The notes under the pieces were generated by a model. The model saw only the letters and a list, made by a program, of their open reading frames with translations. It searched no databases and was not told the origin of the DNA. DNA of 64,000 nucleotides from Chiloscyllium plagiosum (lineage: Eukaryota): the NCBI RefSeq assembly GCF_004010195.1, contig NC_057713.1, positions 102,648,698 to 102,712,697 on the forward strand, written 5' to 3'. Shown in pieces: positions 62,821-64,000 of the stretch. A program made the translations under genes and the position numbers. Position 1 is the first letter of the stretch; each line of letters begins with the position of its first letter.

Positions 62821-64000
62821 AAGAAATGTATAAAACCAGAGCTCAGTATTACTGACCTTAACAGCAAGGAAGCTTTTGAACAAGAATGGCATTAAGGAGA
62901 CTCAGTAAGATTGATATCAATGAGCATGATTGACCAGAGGTCTGTCCGATAGTTGGAATCATACATAGCAAAAGGGAGATACCTAAGGTCATTGAAAGCC
63001 AATCATTCCAGTTCTGTGACATCAGGGTGGTGACCTATATTCAAATATCTTCAGTTACTTCAACTCCCTTCATCATAAAACCAGAAATAAGAATGATCAG
63101 AAATAATAATATCTGCTGAAGATTGCAGTAGTCATAATCATTCATGATTGATCAAGTATTGAATCTCAGCCTATCCATAGCAGAATCTAGACAACATTCA
63201 TGGTTGAACTCAGAAGTTCTCACAAGTACTAAGCAATGACCACCTGCAACATAATGGAATTTAAATGCGTCCCTGTGATTTTCAACTGCATTACCACCAC
63301 TAAGACCAAGCTCCTGGGGCTATCATTGACCAGGAAACAAAATAGTCAACTATGTACTATCTGTGGTTAAAAGACCAAGTCGGAGGCTGGTTTTGTTGTG
63401 AAAAAACTCAATTCCTCACTCCCTAAATCCTGTCGACCACCTACACATCAGCAGAATGGTGAAATTATCACCAATTTGCTGGATGACAGTGGCTATAACA
63501 ACAATCAAGATGCTGAACACCATCCAGAGAAAAGCTGCTCACTTAACTGGAACTCCATTCAACACACTTTCCATCAATAGTTTACAATAGCAGCAATGTG
63601 TTCTGCAAGATGTTCCACAGCAAAGTCTCATCTTCAAAGAGAAAAGATAGTAGGTTCATGGGAAACCACTATCCCTATAAGATTTCCTGCAAACCCCACA
63701 CTGAACTGCCTGGAATCATATTACTGATTTTCTCTGTCACGAGATCAAAATGTTCATACTCCCACCTTAACTGTGCTGAGTGCACGTGCACTGCAGTGAT
63801 TTCTGTAGTTCAGGAGTGCACATCCCACAAAATATGAATAACCTTTAATAACAAAATATGTTTAGGCCCAGATTTAGATTTCTCAAATGAATTAGCGTGT
63901 GTTGCTTATTTAAAAAATGCCTGGGTTTTCCTGTTTTCAAGCTTAACTAAGCTTCATTTTCATTGTCTTTTATGATCGCACTGGATAGGGAAACTAGACT

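Noticed and set aside
1-64000. CRISPR arrays, prokaryotic operons, or intact autonomous retrotransposon ORFs
   Set aside because: The sequence is vertebrate, there is no repeat-spacer array, and all LINE and ERV ORFs carry stops or frameshifts.

Overview
Vertebrate genomic DNA from a cartilaginous fish, most likely a shark (inferred from HE1-type tRNA-derived SINEs, abundant CR1 LINEs and shark-type Penelope repeats). The window is the variable-segment array of a T-cell receptor gamma (TRG) locus. It holds five intact V genes on the + strand, at 623-1063, 31545-31953, 33743-34182, 52465-53195 and 60048-60495. Each has a leader exon, a phase-1 intron, a V exon ending YYCA(Y/C/F)W, and a 23-type RSS (24-nt spacer in one case). 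They fall into four sequence families (my labels A-D). There are also two V pseudogenes and one orphan leader exon. I found no J, D or C segments. The array arose partly by an old segmental duplication (about 1-13.5 kb vs about 33.1-63.4 kb), and the two copies were then hit by different retroelements. These include a near full-length L1 with a target-site duplication (TSD) carrying two nested CR1s, a deleted endogenous retrovirus that truncates a V gene, a Rex1-like LINE, and many short Penelope-type insertions. Most of these Penelope-type insertions are inverted repeats, and several carry minimal hammerhead-ribozyme motifs. I see no evidence for a wholly new biological system. The most unusual observations are a templated capture of nearby DNA inside a Penelope hairpin, probable gene conversion over the A-family promoter, and divergence of the two A paralogs focused on the HV4 loop.
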